A stretch of DNA of 64,000 nt from Octopus vulgaris (lineage: Eukaryota): contig OX597816.1 in the NCBI GenBank assembly GCA_951406725.2, forward strand, positions 115,878,001-115,942,000, given 5' to 3'. Below are positions 28,780-44,155 of the stretch, one piece after another. Made by a program: the position numbers and the translations under genes. The notes under the pieces were generated by a model, which did no database searches, was not told the origin of the DNA, and worked only from the letters and a program-made list of their open reading frames with translations. Numbering within the stretch: position 1 is the stretch's first letter; each line of letters opens with the position of its first letter.

Positions 28780-30213
28780 ATTAATATCTTAACAATATCA
28801 ATATTGCTGAGCGGTTGCTGATTCCAAAATATAACACCTTATATGGGCTGTTGATCAGCATGATAACAATGGACAGCAAATTCAACCCTAACAAAGAGTA
28901 GAGATAGGTAGAATATGTCCATAAACATAAGCTTCTTGTCTTGTGGTCGTATCATGAGATGCCTTTGAGATCTCATGAGACGTCTGGTGTATATTGCCTA
29001 CGAGATTTAGTAAATTTCAATTACTATGCCTGAAGTATCTATACCGCTGTTAAACTGCATTTGAATACAGGTATGACGGAATGATTACGCCATTCCATGT
29101 TTTACTAAAGTTTCAGTTTAATCAGTTTCAGATTGAATAAATTTGGTAAGGCAGATATTTGCGTAGAATTTTTCCTCCTGCATTATACCATTTTTCTAAT
29201 AGACCTAACGTGTCCCCAAATACATTTTCATTTGTCTCTTTAGCGTCTATTGCAGAGATCGTATTGTTGGACCTATTCAGTCTCCAGTCGAGTTATACAT
29301 AAACCTTTAACTTGTGCTGTAACCAAATGCCACACCCTATCAGAGTCGCTCGCCACTTTTCATGACCAATCACAAAAGTCCTGCAAAAGTTATAAGCACT
29401 GCCTTATTTGCTTTTTCTTACTAAGCCATAAAATAAGGAGACAAAGAAATACTGAAATTAACACGTAAGCAATTCTAGACAGCACATTAAGATGTAAATG
29501 ATTTATTTCACTGAACCTTACCCTGGAAATACTGTAATATGACTGTACAGATAATGTATAAGTAAGCTTACCATTTTATTAGGGCTGAGTTGATATGCTC
29601 TGAAGGCACCACTGGGCACGACATTTCATTCTCTTGCCCTAGTTCGTCTAACTATAGACTTTGTGTACTAGATACTGTAGAAATGTTACCTGTGTTATTC
29701 GGATCTCATATTTCATTCACATAAAACCACAAAATACTATGAAGCTAAGAATGAGATTTATGAGCCATTCAGACGTTTATGGTTTTTCCCAATTACCGTG
29801 AAATCACCCCAAACGGGAATCTGAGTGTGCTTATGGGAATATAGTAATAAATATATAAATAAGTAATAAATGAATATACTGTTTGTGGAGGGGGGATTTG
29901 GTAATTTACACACCAGTAAATTTCTTGAATACAATATTTCTTCATATACCAAGAGCATTATTTCAAATTCATTCCTTCAGCTCAATACACATACGTAAAT
30001 ACATGGACGCGTACATGAAAGTATGTGCCAGAAAAAGGATGAGGCGGGTAGAAGACAAAAAGGAAATGCGTTCCCAATAGCGTAATAGCATACTTACTTA
30101 AAAATTTTAACACCTAATAAAATAGAGAAAGATAAAATAACCACAAAACATTAATAACATGGATGAGGAAGCACATACAAAACAAAACAGCCAAGCACAC
30201 ACACACACACACT

Positions 30214-30261
<48 letters not shown>

Positions 30262-31576
30262 TGATCAATGCAGATAACTAAACACTGATTGATATTTTCT
30301 GGCACAGAGCATTACTAATCAAATTTCTTTTGAAGAAAAGCAAAAATAATCAATGCAGAACTGTGTAACTAAGTTAACTCTGTTTTCATCAAAGATTTCA
30401 TTCAATCAAAGCGAACAAATTTTGCTTAAATTTCAGACCAGACTCCTAGCAAGATCACACTAACCCATGCCAGCTATCACCACCACACACTGATATCAGG
30501 CATTACTAATCCAACTGATTAGTTGAAATTTCTTCAGTTCTATCACGAAATCTAATCAGCTTCTTATGTGATTACTATAATTTTGCTGTTTTTTCCAGTT
30601 TTTCTTCTATTTTTGTTTTGTTTGTTTCGTATTTTAATATTCTTTTTTTAAAAATTTGTGTTATTGTTATTTCCGGAGCAGGTTACGACTTGTGTGTAAG
30701 ACACGTCTTTAGTATCATTATAGCTAAAGAGTGATGATTTTCCTATACAATCAATATGCTACCAAGGCACATAGAAGATAAGTGATAACAGGATGACTTG
30801 ATGCTTTATACAAACTAAAATAAATTATACAAATGATAGGCTGCAATGGAGAGAAAGAGGAAGAAGAAAAGAAAGAGAAGAAAGCCTATTTGAGTTGGCC
30901 TTGGTTTTGATGACGTTTATGGCATCTGCTTATTAATCACGTCACAAGAGCTTGGACAATGACATCTACCTCAATCCATTCATCATGTCAAAACCAATTT
31001 GCTTCAAAGCTAACTCAACATCAAACTATAGAAGCAATAACAGGTAGGTATCCAACATTCGCTCTGATTGCCGTGTTAACTGTATCCAGAAATAGTAATC
31101 TAGTCTATATGTAATGTAGTGTTGAATAACGACAGTCTTCGTCATTGACACATTCAGAGAAGAGAAGCAGACCATCCATGATATCAGTGCGAGCAGCTTC
31201 AAAATTTGATCCAATGCATACTTTGTATAAAGCTTCGTGTTTATTATAATGAATTACTCATTCGAAATTATCATTACTTAAAATTTAATTCCAAGAATTA
31301 ATTTCAATAATAGATTGACCGAAACAATTTAGTGTATGCTACAATGCTTCCTGGAGTGATTAGGGAACAAGGAATGACGTTTATAATGGAACGAAGTTGC
31401 TAATTCTTTAATTCTTTTGAGTATCTCCACATACCATCAGAATGTGAAATATAGATGTTTATAGATACACACATAAATATTAATATTTATATATATATAT
31501 GTATATTCCATAAAAACTCCTAATTATTTAATACCTTGGTAACGAACTGAATGCATCTTTACCGTAAATATCACTT

Positions 31577-31664
31577 TTCCCTGATGAAGGAAACATTCTC
31601 CGAAAATGAATTTTAAGATTCATATTTTAGTTGGACGAACGAACCCCAGAAACGGCCGTAGGAA
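31577..31664 (+). ncRNA. Putative type I hammerhead ribozyme (Penelope-associated type) with extended stem II
   Basis: UUCC-CUGAUGA-[61-nt stem II region]-GAAAC-GGCC-GUA-GGAA. Stem I is UUCC/GGAA, the stem III/loop ACGGCCGU is palindromic, and cleavage is predicted after A31660. It lies in a (TA)n-flanked module. Confidence 0.65.
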
Positions 31665-32066
31665 TATTTTCTTTTAATATGTAACTCAAAACTTCTTTGA
31701 AGCCTATTATTTTCTCTTCATTGTATTTTCAATACTATTTTAAAAAATGTTTTTATCTATAATCCTATACTTCATTATATCATTACTGTGCATATATATA
31801 TTTTAATATTCATATATTTTTAATATATCAATATATGTTTTATTTTGGACAACTTTTATGTTAATTAAATCCGTACAGATATGTGTTCATTGTAGTTTGC
31901 CTGAATTGAACTTTTTCCATTTCATTTATTATACTTGCTAACGACTCAGGTTCGACTCGAGCACTTCTATGAGGTCTATATGTTTCTTAAGAACAATATA
32001 ACTATATATATATATATATATATATACACACAAAAATACATATATACATTCATAAACAGGACAATT

Positions 32067-32106
<40 letters not shown>

Positions 32107-32855
32107 AAAGATTAAGACAGAAAAGTAGGTAAAAAAGATGTAAATATAATGTGAAATCACCAGTTTCGCTTTTAGCTCAGATCAGCTGTTAATGTTAATT
32201 TAAGTTGAGCTAACACTTTCGCAAATTGTTAAGAGGACATACCCACGGCGAACACAGCAATTTCTATTGAGAAATGTAAACGAAACATTAACTTCTCCCA
32301 ACAAGACGTATTAGATTAAGACAAATTCTTATGCCATTGACAGTTGTCGTTGTTGTTTAGTTCCTAGTACCTAATGATCATATGTAGCTCTGATGACAGG
32401 TATTTCAGCGACAAGTATTTCCTATTTTTAGTCTATAACTAAGAGTTAGTATTATTTATTATATAGGTTGTGAATCTGTAAGCAGCGTTAAAGCGTCGCA
32501 CAAAATACCTGGTGATATTCTTTGTATGTGTTCCCCAAAAGTACTCGCCTTGTACCTAAATTTAGAAACAGTGACTTAATATTTGAAATCAGTAAACACT
32601 TGAATTTATAGATCTCCCAATATAGAAATTTAATTCATTTGTCATAACAATGACATGTCTCACTAATACCGAAGTAAGCGTCAAGGTGGATCCCAGCGAG
32701 CTTAGTCAAAATATATTCAAATTTTTTTGTTTGATGTTTTTTCTTTTCTTTTCTAGGTTCATATTTTATGAACAGCGATAAACTGGGTCTTAATACACCT
32801 GGGGTTTTATTCGGTAATATTCAACCCAGTATTTGCCTGGTATTTAATTTATATA

Positions 32856-32886
<31 letters not shown>

Positions 32887-33019
32887 CTTTCTCTTTCCTT
32901 ATCTTCCGCGGAGTTTCGCCCAACAATGGAGACACCAATGTACTTTAAAAAAAAATAATGCTTGAATAAGTGCCGAGTAGGTTATAGCTTGAACACCTTT
33001 CTTCATATCATTGCATACC

Positions 33020-33440
33020 AACGAGCTATTCATAGTACCCAAAAGTTTACACTCAAGACTTTAGCAAACCCACATCAGACACAGTTCTATTAGTACGCAC
33101 ACAGGAATCCCGAACAGCATCCGGAGAAGACCAAGACCCAAGGACAGTCAATCACCAATAGACACGCTTCAGCTTCCCGTTGTCTTTCCTGTCTCTACTA
33201 TAATGGTCTTTGCTCCTAGAAGGCTGTTATTGTACTTACGCAGCATGTACTTCGGATCCACACGTCTCTCGACCTCTTGTCACCATTGTTACATACACTA
33301 TGCCTTGTCTCCGGAACATTTACCCTCTGAAACCTTTCCCTGTTCATGCCTTTCTAGCGGATGTTGACATGCATCAGTTTAAGCGGAACATTAACAGCGT
33401 CAATCTCACCGGTTTCGTCAGGGCATGTGTACTGTCCCTT
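33020..33440 (+). mobile_element. Decayed LINE ORF2 C-terminus (CR1/L2-group-like)
   Basis: CLSCLYYNGLCS and FPVHAFLADVDMHQFKRNINSVNL resemble the terminal segment of CR1-group ORF2. Confidence 0.5.
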
Positions 33441-33954
33441 CCTCCAGACTCAGCACATACGAAAATGAAAGCAAGGTTAAATTAGAAGTAGTTTGCCCAA
33501 AGTTTTGTGCAGTAGAATCGAACTCAGTATCTCTTAAACAGACAATTATTTCTTGCTCTGGTAAGATTAATATGATTAGTGTTGTTTTCTTGACACAGTT
33601 TTAAAATAAATCGCTCTCTGTCGGCGAATTTAGAAATCTGACAATGGTAAGCATTTGCTGCTTAAAGAGAATGACTACCGCACAATGGTGAAGAGTTTAG
33701 AAAGAGAAGTGTAAAAGCTATTACTCTTAAGTGTTTGACTGTTTCCCGATGTCTATGTATTTAAATAGACGTGTATGCATGCAGCACACACGTATATGTA
33801 TACACACACATACCCACAACCTCTCATATATATATATGTATGTTTGTTTATTTGTATGTATACATCTGTGAATGCATAAACATACATCTATATGTTTATA
33901 TACACGCATATGTATGTGTGAATAAAAAATATATACATACATATATACATATAT

Positions 33955-33987
<33 letters not shown>

Positions 33988-35921
33988 CGCATACATATAT
34001 ACATACATATATAAAATTCCTTTAATTGTGACACAACTCTAATGAGATTGACATATGGTGAAATATTGCTTACTGATAGCTCTACAGCATGGACTCCCAG
34101 CGTCAAAGTAGTAAGGTGCCACATGGAATGTAACAAAAACACTTAGTTCCACTCGAGTTGGCTTTGAAGAGATAAGTTAATAAAATATGGCCTGACATAA
34201 TATTAAGCTGAAGTTGCAGCTTGGTAAAAGTTCAGTCTCTCGGGTGTTTAGTTTCAACTTATGAACAGCCGTTATGTTATTGCTGGCAATAAATGACTAG
34301 CTGTGTAAGTGTGTCAGTACCACCATACATTAGGTCATAAAAGCACCACTTGAAGAATTCATTTTTCGCGTAGTACATCTAGAGCATGACAGCCAAGCTG
34401 AGCCCCTTTAAATCATGACGATCCATGCCTAATGCAGAATTTGAATTCATTTCCAAAGCCCAACGAAACTATTATCAAATGATTAAAATAATATCCATTA
34501 AGTTAATGTTTTCTTTACTTCACCGCATATATTTAACATTAAGTCAGAGAGGAAAGGGCAACACCCAAGCCTGGTAATCAAATCTGAAACAAAACGAAAG
34601 GAGGAAGTTATGTTGGAAACGGACGCTCAATTGAATGCTTGCAAAGATACCAAAGTCCAGGTGTCTGATCATGGATCAAAGCTCTGCTCAACCGACAAAG
34701 CCCTAAATTATCATTTAATTAACGGAATGCGTTAGACAGGGTGATGGATTAAGTCTACTACCCAAGAACTCGGTTCGCAAAGAGCTGAAATAGATCCCAC
34801 AAAGCATCTCACTATAGCATTTAGTAGTTCCCTCTTCCTCCTCTCTACTATAAAACATCAGCTGAATTTGTGTTACGAGTTTGCGTTGGCTTGTAAATAT
34901 ATTTACTAAAATTTTCGTAGTATTATTCGGCTTGTCACGACATGTGTTCGAACGTTATGCAAAACTATGGAAGGATAGGGAAATCATAAATTTTTGAATA
35001 TTGTGTAACAATATCATAAAGATTTATGAATTTAAACATAAATATAAAAATTACAACATTTATAAAATGTATGATTTCCTTTGCTTCTACCAATAGGAGA
35101 GTATAGCGCTAATTACCCATTGATAGATTTATCTAATTAGAACACGCCAAGTGTCTATTCTATTTATGAAACCTACGTGAGAAAAATAATACTGATTATT
35201 TTTTTCTGAGATAGCAGATTATTTCGATTCACAGCAAATATGGAGAGATTACGAAATTAGATTCTGTGACCTTTAGTAATATACATGAACGGCATTGGTT
35301 TGAAATATTAATTTGAAACCGTTTCGTAGGCTTCGTATGTCAGGACTTTACCCCTAACTGTACAGCACTTACTACGGTATTAGTAAATAATAATTTGTTA
35401 GTCACATATCATGTCCAACATCATATAACGTTTGTTTAAGTATTTTGTTTAGATACTAACTTACCGTTTACCGTCATTAATTACTTTTTTAACTGCGAGT
35501 TTAAATTCTAAAATTACCATTACTCCAGTACTGCTCCAGATTCAGGTTTCAATCCAAACTCCTTTCGTGTATAACATTAAAAGCCGGGAACACTTGATTC
35601 TGTGCTCTTCAATATTTGCAACGATTGTTATCAAAAGAAGGATACAACGCATAGATTCATAAGGCGGGTTTCTCGGGTTCTGTGGCATATATATTCCTCA
35701 ATGGACTAGTCTGGTGCAGGAATATTCATTTTTGCCTGCTGAGAGAACTGAGCAACATAAAATGTGGAGTTTTGTTCGTGTCTTATTCTATGTATGACAA
35801 CTAGCAGTCATAGGTATTTTGTGACTTATTGGCACATTGGATAATTGGAATATACCATACTTACCAGAAAGTGGATGATTCTTCTGTACTTTTCTTTCCA
35901 TTAGTATAGCGTAAATGACAG

Positions 35922-36017
35922 ACGGCGAGATGGCAGAGTCATTAGCACGCTGGTCTAACTGGTTAGCAGCATTTCGTCGGACTTCACGTTCTGAGCTCAA
36001 ATTCCACCGAGTCGACT
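35922..36017 (+). mobile_element. Family A SINE head fragment
   Basis: ggcgagatggcagagtcattagcacg...gttctgagctcaaattccaccgagtcgact. Confidence 0.75.
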
Positions 36018-36358
36018 GTGTGAGTGTCTCTGTGTATGTATGTGTGCGTGTGCGTGCATAGTGACAGATAGAGAGAGTGAATGATGGTCAGTAGGAAGTT
36101 GCTTACGTGATAATAGATGGGCATCAAATTAGTTTTCCGACAGTCCTAATTCTTAAAATCCCAATTATGAATCAGCTGAGTTGACTTGAATATATATATA
36201 TATATATATGGCGTGATATAGGAATTCTTACAATTGTGTGGCTTTCACAGAAAGCTCTTATACCGGACTCGTAATGTTATACCGACCGTAATGTTAAAAA
36301 TGTCAAATGTGGTAAATATAGATATTTACCTCTCGTACCCCAGACAATTTATAGTTTA

Positions 36359-36404
<46 letters not shown>

Positions 36405-38606
36405 CATATACATACACACACGCATAAATGTGTGAATATGTCTGTGTATGTGTATATGTATATGTGCTTGTGGGTGCCTGATATATTGTATGAATATGCA
36501 TGCGCCTATATACATGTATATATATTACATGTGTATATATATGTATATATATATATATACGTAGATAGATAGAGAAAGAGAGAGAGAGAGGGAGATGACT
36601 TGTGTGCGTATCACCGTGCTCATCATTATAATCAACTACATTTTTAACATAAAACATGTATTTCCATTCGCACCATGTCGTCACCATTTTAAATTTCAAG
36701 AACTCCGTCATTAACATAAAACTAACAAAACTAAACAAAGCCGAAAAAAAACATATCAATGAAGAACAAGTTAAAAAATTCAAAGGAAAAAAAAGCACCT
36801 TTGAATTTTTTCAATTTACCAACGAAATTATATATATTTTTTTATAACTTTCGACTTCCCACTTCCTGGTTAGTGTGCATATTTTATAGGGAATGCCATT
36901 AATTTCACAAGTCATCAAATTAGATTAATTACAGCTCATCTGTAATGTTGTATTACTTGTTCTCATCCCACATACCCACAACAACAGCAAACAAAAACAT
37001 AACAGAAGACTAGACAGAAACATCACCACCAGTACTACCACCAATACCAACAACAACAGTAAAAATCAAGAAAAACAATGATTATATTTTTTTTAAATTC
37101 AATTTCAACAAGAAACGCTATACTACCACTACTACTGCTGCTGCTGCTGCCACTGATGATGATGATGACGACGACGACAACAGCGATGATGATGATGATG
37201 ATGACGATACTAATACTAATACTACTACAAGAGAGAGAGAGAATAAACAAAAGTAATATGAGACGTTCTAGCAGGAGGACAGTCACTCAAGTACGATGCC
37301 GGAACCCCGCATATGAAGTAATAATCTGAGTACCCAGGTTAAGTGCTCACCAAGCATTGTTCTCAAACCTTCAAGCGCATTATGAGAGTGAAGCCCATTT
37401 ACTTGGGCCATACACGCCACATTACCCCAGTTTCTAGTAAATTCACTAAAATGTAATACTCTTCTGGTTTTTGCCTTCTTGCCAAACGATTTTGAAGAAA
37501 TTAGTTTCATCTTCTTAAAAAAAAATGTTTTAAGTCTTCTTAAACAGTTTTGCCGGAACCTCTGAACAGAAAGAAATTTCTTGCCTTTCAATGCCAAAGA
37601 AGGCAACTGGAAGATCCTCACAAAGGATTCGGTTGATATTCAAATACTTCCTACTGGTGATAATAGTTGGCGTGAGAGGAAGAGTTTCATCATCGTGTAT
37701 CTCAAGAAATTCGGATTGATGGCACAAGTCTTTCTGTAATATGTATCTCTAACCTACGACGCTACTTGCTTTTTTAGCGTCTTTGGACGTTTATTACCGG
37801 GATCATTTCGAACTGGTGTGATTTGGATCAACTCTCATAGCACTTGTATATACATAATCACTCTAACGACCAACTTTCTATGTTACACACCATCAAGTTG
37901 ATATTAACCACCTATTCTTAGTACTCCATTAGAGGGATCACATACTAAAGGTTGATAATTCCATTGGTGTTATTGATGTTGATTCTCGTATTTCAGTAAC
38001 CGTACTACTCTGGTATGAATATATAGCATTCCATTTGACTTTGTTCACTTTGTTCCGTCCACAATTATGTAAAAGCGCATACCATACAATATGCTCTCAC
38101 CCTCTAGTACTGGAGATGTTTGCTCCTTCAAAAATGTGTTGCTTCCTGTTGCTCTTTAAAAGTGCATTGGCAAATTACGTATCTTTTCTCTCATGCCTGG
38201 GTGAAAATTTCTGGCAGAAAAGAGCTCGTTTTATGGACGTAATGTTTTCAAGCTTTGTTCTCATAGAAAAATCTTATTCATCAAGAGTTCTTTTATCTAA
38301 AAGTATTTGCTCGTTAGTTATTGACCATGGATAAGGAAATAAGGAAAAAGAAAGTAATCGCAGGCAAGATTTGAATCTGAAACTAATCATAAAAATGATT
38401 TTCTTGCAATAATCAAAATGCGCTCTTTTTTTCCCATTTCCTGCAAGAAGAAAATCTGTATAGTTAACAAAAAATTTGTTTCTGCTTTTACCTTTTTCTT
38501 TCCCTCTCGAAAATGTCTTGCTCTCTACAATGGTATTTGACAATTATTAGTGGCTCCACTATAATAGATTTGAAATTACTCGATGAAAGGAAAATGGAAA
38601 TTATAT

Positions 38607-38912
38607 ATAGGCGCAGGCGTCGATGTGTGATAGGATAGCCACATGGTTCTGGTGTTGGGGTCACTTCCACTATGTGACACCCCTTCAGCAAGTGCCTTCT
38701 TCTTTAGCCTCAGGGATACCAAAGCCTTGCGGATTTAGTAGTAGGAAATTGAAATAAATTCGTCGTGTATATGTGAGTGTGTGTATGTGTGTTTTTGTGT
38801 CTGTGTTTGTCCACCATCACCACCGTTACTTGACAACCGGTGCTGGTGTGTGTACGTCCACGTAAGTTAACGGCTCCGGAAAAGAGACCGATAGAATAAG
38901 TACCAGTCTTAA
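38607..38912 (+). mobile_element. tRNA-derived SINE (family B; CORE-like), diverged
   Basis: Aligns with the reverse complement of 63075-63453 (cttgacaaccg..ggtgtg..aaaagagac.gatagaataagta). Confidence 0.8.
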
Positions 38913-39104
38913 TAAATAATTGAACCTAGAACCATGAGGTTGGAAAGTAAACTTCTTACCTCACAGCCAATCTAAGATTCAAATTATTTATTCAGTCACA
39001 CTTGAAATACAGCCAGGTTCCTCGCTGTAAATTCATGCAGGCCTGAACAAGTGCCAGTCAATCAATCAATCAATAATGATGATGATGATGTTGATGATAA
39101 TTGT

Positions 39105-40335
39105 CCACGTCTCAACCATCTTCTCTTCATGGATGATTTAAAACTATTCGCAAAAACAGAGCCCGAAATGAAGAGGTTGGTTGAGACTGTACAGCAAGGA
39201 TATAGGGATGGAATTCGGTATCTCGAAGTATGCATTGCTAAGGGCTTAGAATTTCCAAACGAAGGGAGAACGAAATACCCCGATGATGATGGGTACAAGT
39301 ACCTTTGGATCCAAGAGCTGGACAATATCTTGCACAGAGAAATGAAAGACTGCATATTTCAAGCTCCTCAAACTTCTCTTGATATGAAAATTCAACTCAA
39401 GGAAGCTTGTGATTATTATCAACATGTGGACTGTTGCTGTAGTCCGCTATAATGCACCCATCCTGAAATGGACACGAGCAGGAATTAACCAACTCGATCG
39501 CACAACCCGAAAGACAATGACATTGCATGGTACCATCCACCATTAGACGAACGTACGCAGGCTCTACATGAAGTAAAGTTGGACGTAGGCTGATTAGCAT
39601 GCGGGAGTGTATCAATATGCGGGAGTGCATTAAGTAAAAGAAGAAACATGGCAGAGTATTTGGTAAATAACAAACAAGAGCTGCTACAGTATGATGTTAA
39701 TGGAGGATGATTTACCAAAAAAGGACTTGAGAGTTCTATTCAATTCCAGTTACGAATAACCAGCAAGAGAGAAGAAACTCTACTCCACATGGAATTATAT
39801 GGTCGGTTCGACCATGAAACTAACTACTTGAAAGTTCAGGAAGTATCATGAAGGTGACTCGGCAAAATGGACCTAAAAAAGAAGATTGAAAACCTAATCA
39901 TCGTTGCTCCCGATCAAAATTGAATACCAATAGAAAAGAGATATATACCATACAAATGCAGGGAATCTCTTCAGAATGTGTGTGGAAAGAGGATCGAAGG
40001 CGTGACTCACATTCTTAGTGCTTGTGAAAGCGCAGAACCATCACTGGCTACTATGACGGAAGTATGGATACGAGGAAACGGGTGCTTGGTACTAACATAC
40101 ACAACAAAAGGTAATCGACAAAAAGGAGAAGTCAAAAATCTTCTGAGACTTTGACTTCAGACAGTCAAGGTGTTCGAGCACCGAAGGCCTGACATGGTAA
40201 CCTTTAGGAAGGACAAGCAGGATTGGATAATAATCGACGTGGCAGTGCCAGGAGATCAACATACTATCATGAAAAAAAGAGAAAAGATCGATAACTATGG
40301 AGACCTGAGAATTGAAATCGCCAATATGTGGCATT
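39105..40335 (+). mobile_element. Decayed R4/Dong-like LINE (RT to REL region)
   Basis: RT motif LNHLLFMDDLKLFAK; YKYLWIQE; REL motif HRRPDMV..IIDVAVPGD..KREKIDNYGDLRIEIANMW. Confidence 0.88.
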
Positions 40336-41560
40336 TATTTCGACACACTAACATTTCCGTCAGCCCACCGCTTTAATTGTTATAATAATGACTACAACAA
40401 AAACAACAGAAGTAGTAGTAGCAGCATTAGGAAGGTCGAAATTAACACAATAACAACAGCAATTAGAAAAATAACTACGATGACGATGCCGATGAAGTAT
40501 TGATGCCGCTGTTGCCGCTGATATTCATAGTTTTCTAATGCTAGCAGAAGGTCGTATATCCTTAATCCATTGTATCATCTTGGGTACACCTCTGTGACTC
40601 ATATAAAGGCAAATGTGACTCCGATAAAAAGGAAGTCACTCAGAATACGGAAAAACGAAACAAAATTCTACAGTTCTTTCAATCAGATATGCTACTATTT
40701 TTTTCACAATTATGACCCACTGTTATGTCTGATGTTGGTACTAGGTTACGTGATTTTAGAGTAAAAAACAAGAATCTAGAACCAGTTTAATCAACACCAG
40801 CATTTGCTCACTACCTATGGATACTATGGATAAGGAAAAAGAAAGTAATCGAAGGCGAGATTTGGATCTGAGACTAATCATAAAAATGTCTTTTCTAACA
40901 ATAGTCAAAACGAGCCCATGTTATGGGAATGAAATTAATTCGTTAATCGCTCTGAATCCTTGTATAGTGAATAAATATCTCGACCTCTGAATAATGCTGA
41001 GTAAACTTCACTAAAGTGAAATTTAACGCTAAACAATGTTTTGAATCAATCGAAAATGATAGCGAACTCTTCAATATTTACATATTTTAATTAAAAGGTT
41101 GTTTTATTGTTGATTTTGAACAGCATTTCCAGCTCAGTATCCATAGCTCTTATTCACTCTGAGCATCTCTTCTACTTCTTGCATCTTACTTTAAACAGAG
41201 ATTCACTTCTTTTCATTTTCGACCACCCGCTTATCTTTCGCTGCCATGACAATATCTTTAGAGCAATCATAATTTCAAAGAAAGAAAAATATGAGGACTT
41301 AAACATATGAAAATGCTCTTATATTTCACTATTTTGTAGCTTTCACTTTTTCTTATAAATGTTTAAAAGTTATTAAACGTTACAAAGTTATTTTACAAGC
41401 TATTTATTTCAATCTTCCTAATAAATTTTTAAAAAGATACTTTACGAATTTTTTTTGTTTGCCTTTCACAATTCACTGTTTAATAAGTTTTGCTGTTTAT
41501 TCAAAAGTTAGAGTATGAGTGATGTTGAAGGTTAGGGTTGTATATACATAACAGACGAGA

Positions 41561-41614
<54 letters not shown>

Positions 41615-41974
41615 AATAAAGTGAGGAAAAAACTGTCCAGAGTCTGGTAATAACAATATTGGTTTCTGTATTACGCTTTAACATGATCAAAGTCTTTATA
41701 ATACAGCTTTTACACAACAATAATCACTTTTCAAACTGCGAAGCTAATAAATAACACCATCATTGTTTAAACGCAAAGCAAAGCCAGATTCCATCTTCAC
41801 CCACAGCGTTTTCATTATCCATTATTTCCTCTTGGTCGGTTGTTTAGCGTTACTCGTTGACGGATTTGAATAATAGACAGACATTTAATTCAAATGGCAA
41901 ACATTCGAAACATAACTGCAAAACAACACGTCAGACGTTCGAGAAATTCTGTTAATCCAGTGCCTGTACTGAAA

Positions 41975-42909
41975 TATTATTTCTAGAACCCAGAAGGATG
42001 AAATGTAAATTTGGTACCGATGAAATTTGAAATCAGAACGCAGAAACATCGAAAACTATTGATTTCAAAATTTGGCACATGGCCAGCAATTTCGGGGCGG
42101 GGGTTAAGATGATTACACCGATCCCCAGTACTCAGCTGGTACTTATTTATAAACTCCGAAAGGATGAAAGGAAACGTCGACCTCGATGGAATTTGAACTA
42201 AACACGTAAAGACGGACAAAGACCCATTAAACATTTTGCCAGATGGGCAAAAGATTCTTCTATTGCCGCCTTAGATTGAAAACAATTATTGAATGGCATT
42301 TCATCCAAGTCTAACAACTCTACCAATTTAATGCTTTAAGCGGATTAGTGGATTATCATTTCTTGTACTTGATTGGTATGTGTCTTTTTTCTTGACCTCG
42401 AAAAAACGGTTGAATGGTGAAATTGACCAGCATCGGATTTCACCACAGAATTCAGTGATCCGATACAAATAGTACGACGCATTATATTTGACACACAAAT
42501 GGCTTTGTTCCGCTTGAAATATCATTGTTAATAATTCTTTTACAATTTTGTATCAAGGCCAAAAACTTTGTGAAAAGATTAGTCGATGCCTCCGGTCTTA
42601 ATATTTGACTGGAACTTTATTTTATTCACCCCGAAAGGACTAAAGGCAAGGTTGATTTCGGTGGGATTTGAACTCAGAATCTAAAGAGCTGCAGCAAAGC
42701 AATTTCATCCGACACTGTGACTATTTTATCAATATGTATTTTTTTATTCATTATATTTATGAATGCGTATATGTACACGTGTGTGTATTTGTGTGTGTTT
42801 ACGCATGTATGTATGTGTGTATATATGTACGTGTGTCTATATATAACAATTTATTTAATTAATAATAATATTGATGATGATGATAAATAATAAAAATAAA
42901 ATAATAGTG

Positions 42910-42974
<65 letters not shown>

Positions 42975-43674
42975 TTCTTGCATAAAACAAACACAAGAAC
43001 AACGAGATCAGAACATGATGTTAATAAATGACTAATGATCCGATAATTCAGTGATAAAGGTGAAAAAAGAAGGGCGATTCTTAATTGCTAGATTTTGTAT
43101 CACACCCCACCCCCTACACTGAACATCATTACTACATTCGATCTTAATTTTTCTTTCTGTCTTTCTTTCTCTCTTTCTCTTATGTTGTGCATTAATCATT
43201 TTTTTCATAAGTTATTCATAATACTGAAATTAATGCCAAGTCTGTGTAGTTGACTCCCGTTACTTTAAGTTTGAACCTCATCAAGTCATTATCACCATCA
43301 GCGTCACCATCATGATAATCATCTTCATCACCATCGTCCTTTTTGTATTACGTTCCTCATCCTTGTCATTATCATCTTCAACATCATCATCTACATTATC
43401 TTCATCACTAATAATAATAATAATGTTACGAACTTTTTGGCACAGGACCAGCAATTTCATGGGATGGAGCAAGTTGATTACATTAATCTCAGTGCTTGAC
43501 TGGTATTTATTTTATTCGCCCTGAAAAGATAAATGGTGAAGTCGACCTCGACGGAGTTTGAACTCAGAACGCAAAGACGGACGAAATGCCGCTAGGGATT
43601 TTTCCCCGGCGTACTAACGATTCTGCCATCTCGCGGCCTTATCAGCAATAATAATAATGATAATAATAATAATG

Positions 43675-43738
<64 letters not shown>

Positions 43739-44155
43739 TGGTTTCAAATTTTAGCACAAGGCCAGCAAGTTAGGAAGGGTCTAAGTTGATTACATCGACT
43801 CCAGTACTTGACTGGTACTTCTTATATCGATCCTGAAAGAATGAAAAGCAAATCGACTTCGATGGAATTTGAACTCAGAACTTAACAGCATTTCGCCCGG
43901 CGCATTAACGATTTTGCCTGTTTGCCACCTTATCGACAGTAATAATAATGGATTCTGATATAGGAACAATGTGAGCAAATTGTATGAGAGTTTTAGTCGA
44001 ATATCCCGACCCTAATATTTGACTGGTGTCACATTTCCTCAACCTCGAAAGATGAAGCGCAAGGTTGACATCAGTTGGATATGAACTCCTAACGTAAACA
44101 GCCACAAGAAATACTGCAAGACATTCTTTCCGACGAGCTAACGATTCTGTCGGTT
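41975..44155 (-). mobile_element. Cluster of about six family A SINE copies interspersed with (AAT)n arrays
   Basis: Copies at roughly 41975-42050, 42070-42272, 42548-42720, 43436-43640, 43748-43930 and 43960-44155 share the core and B-box. Confidence 0.85.
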
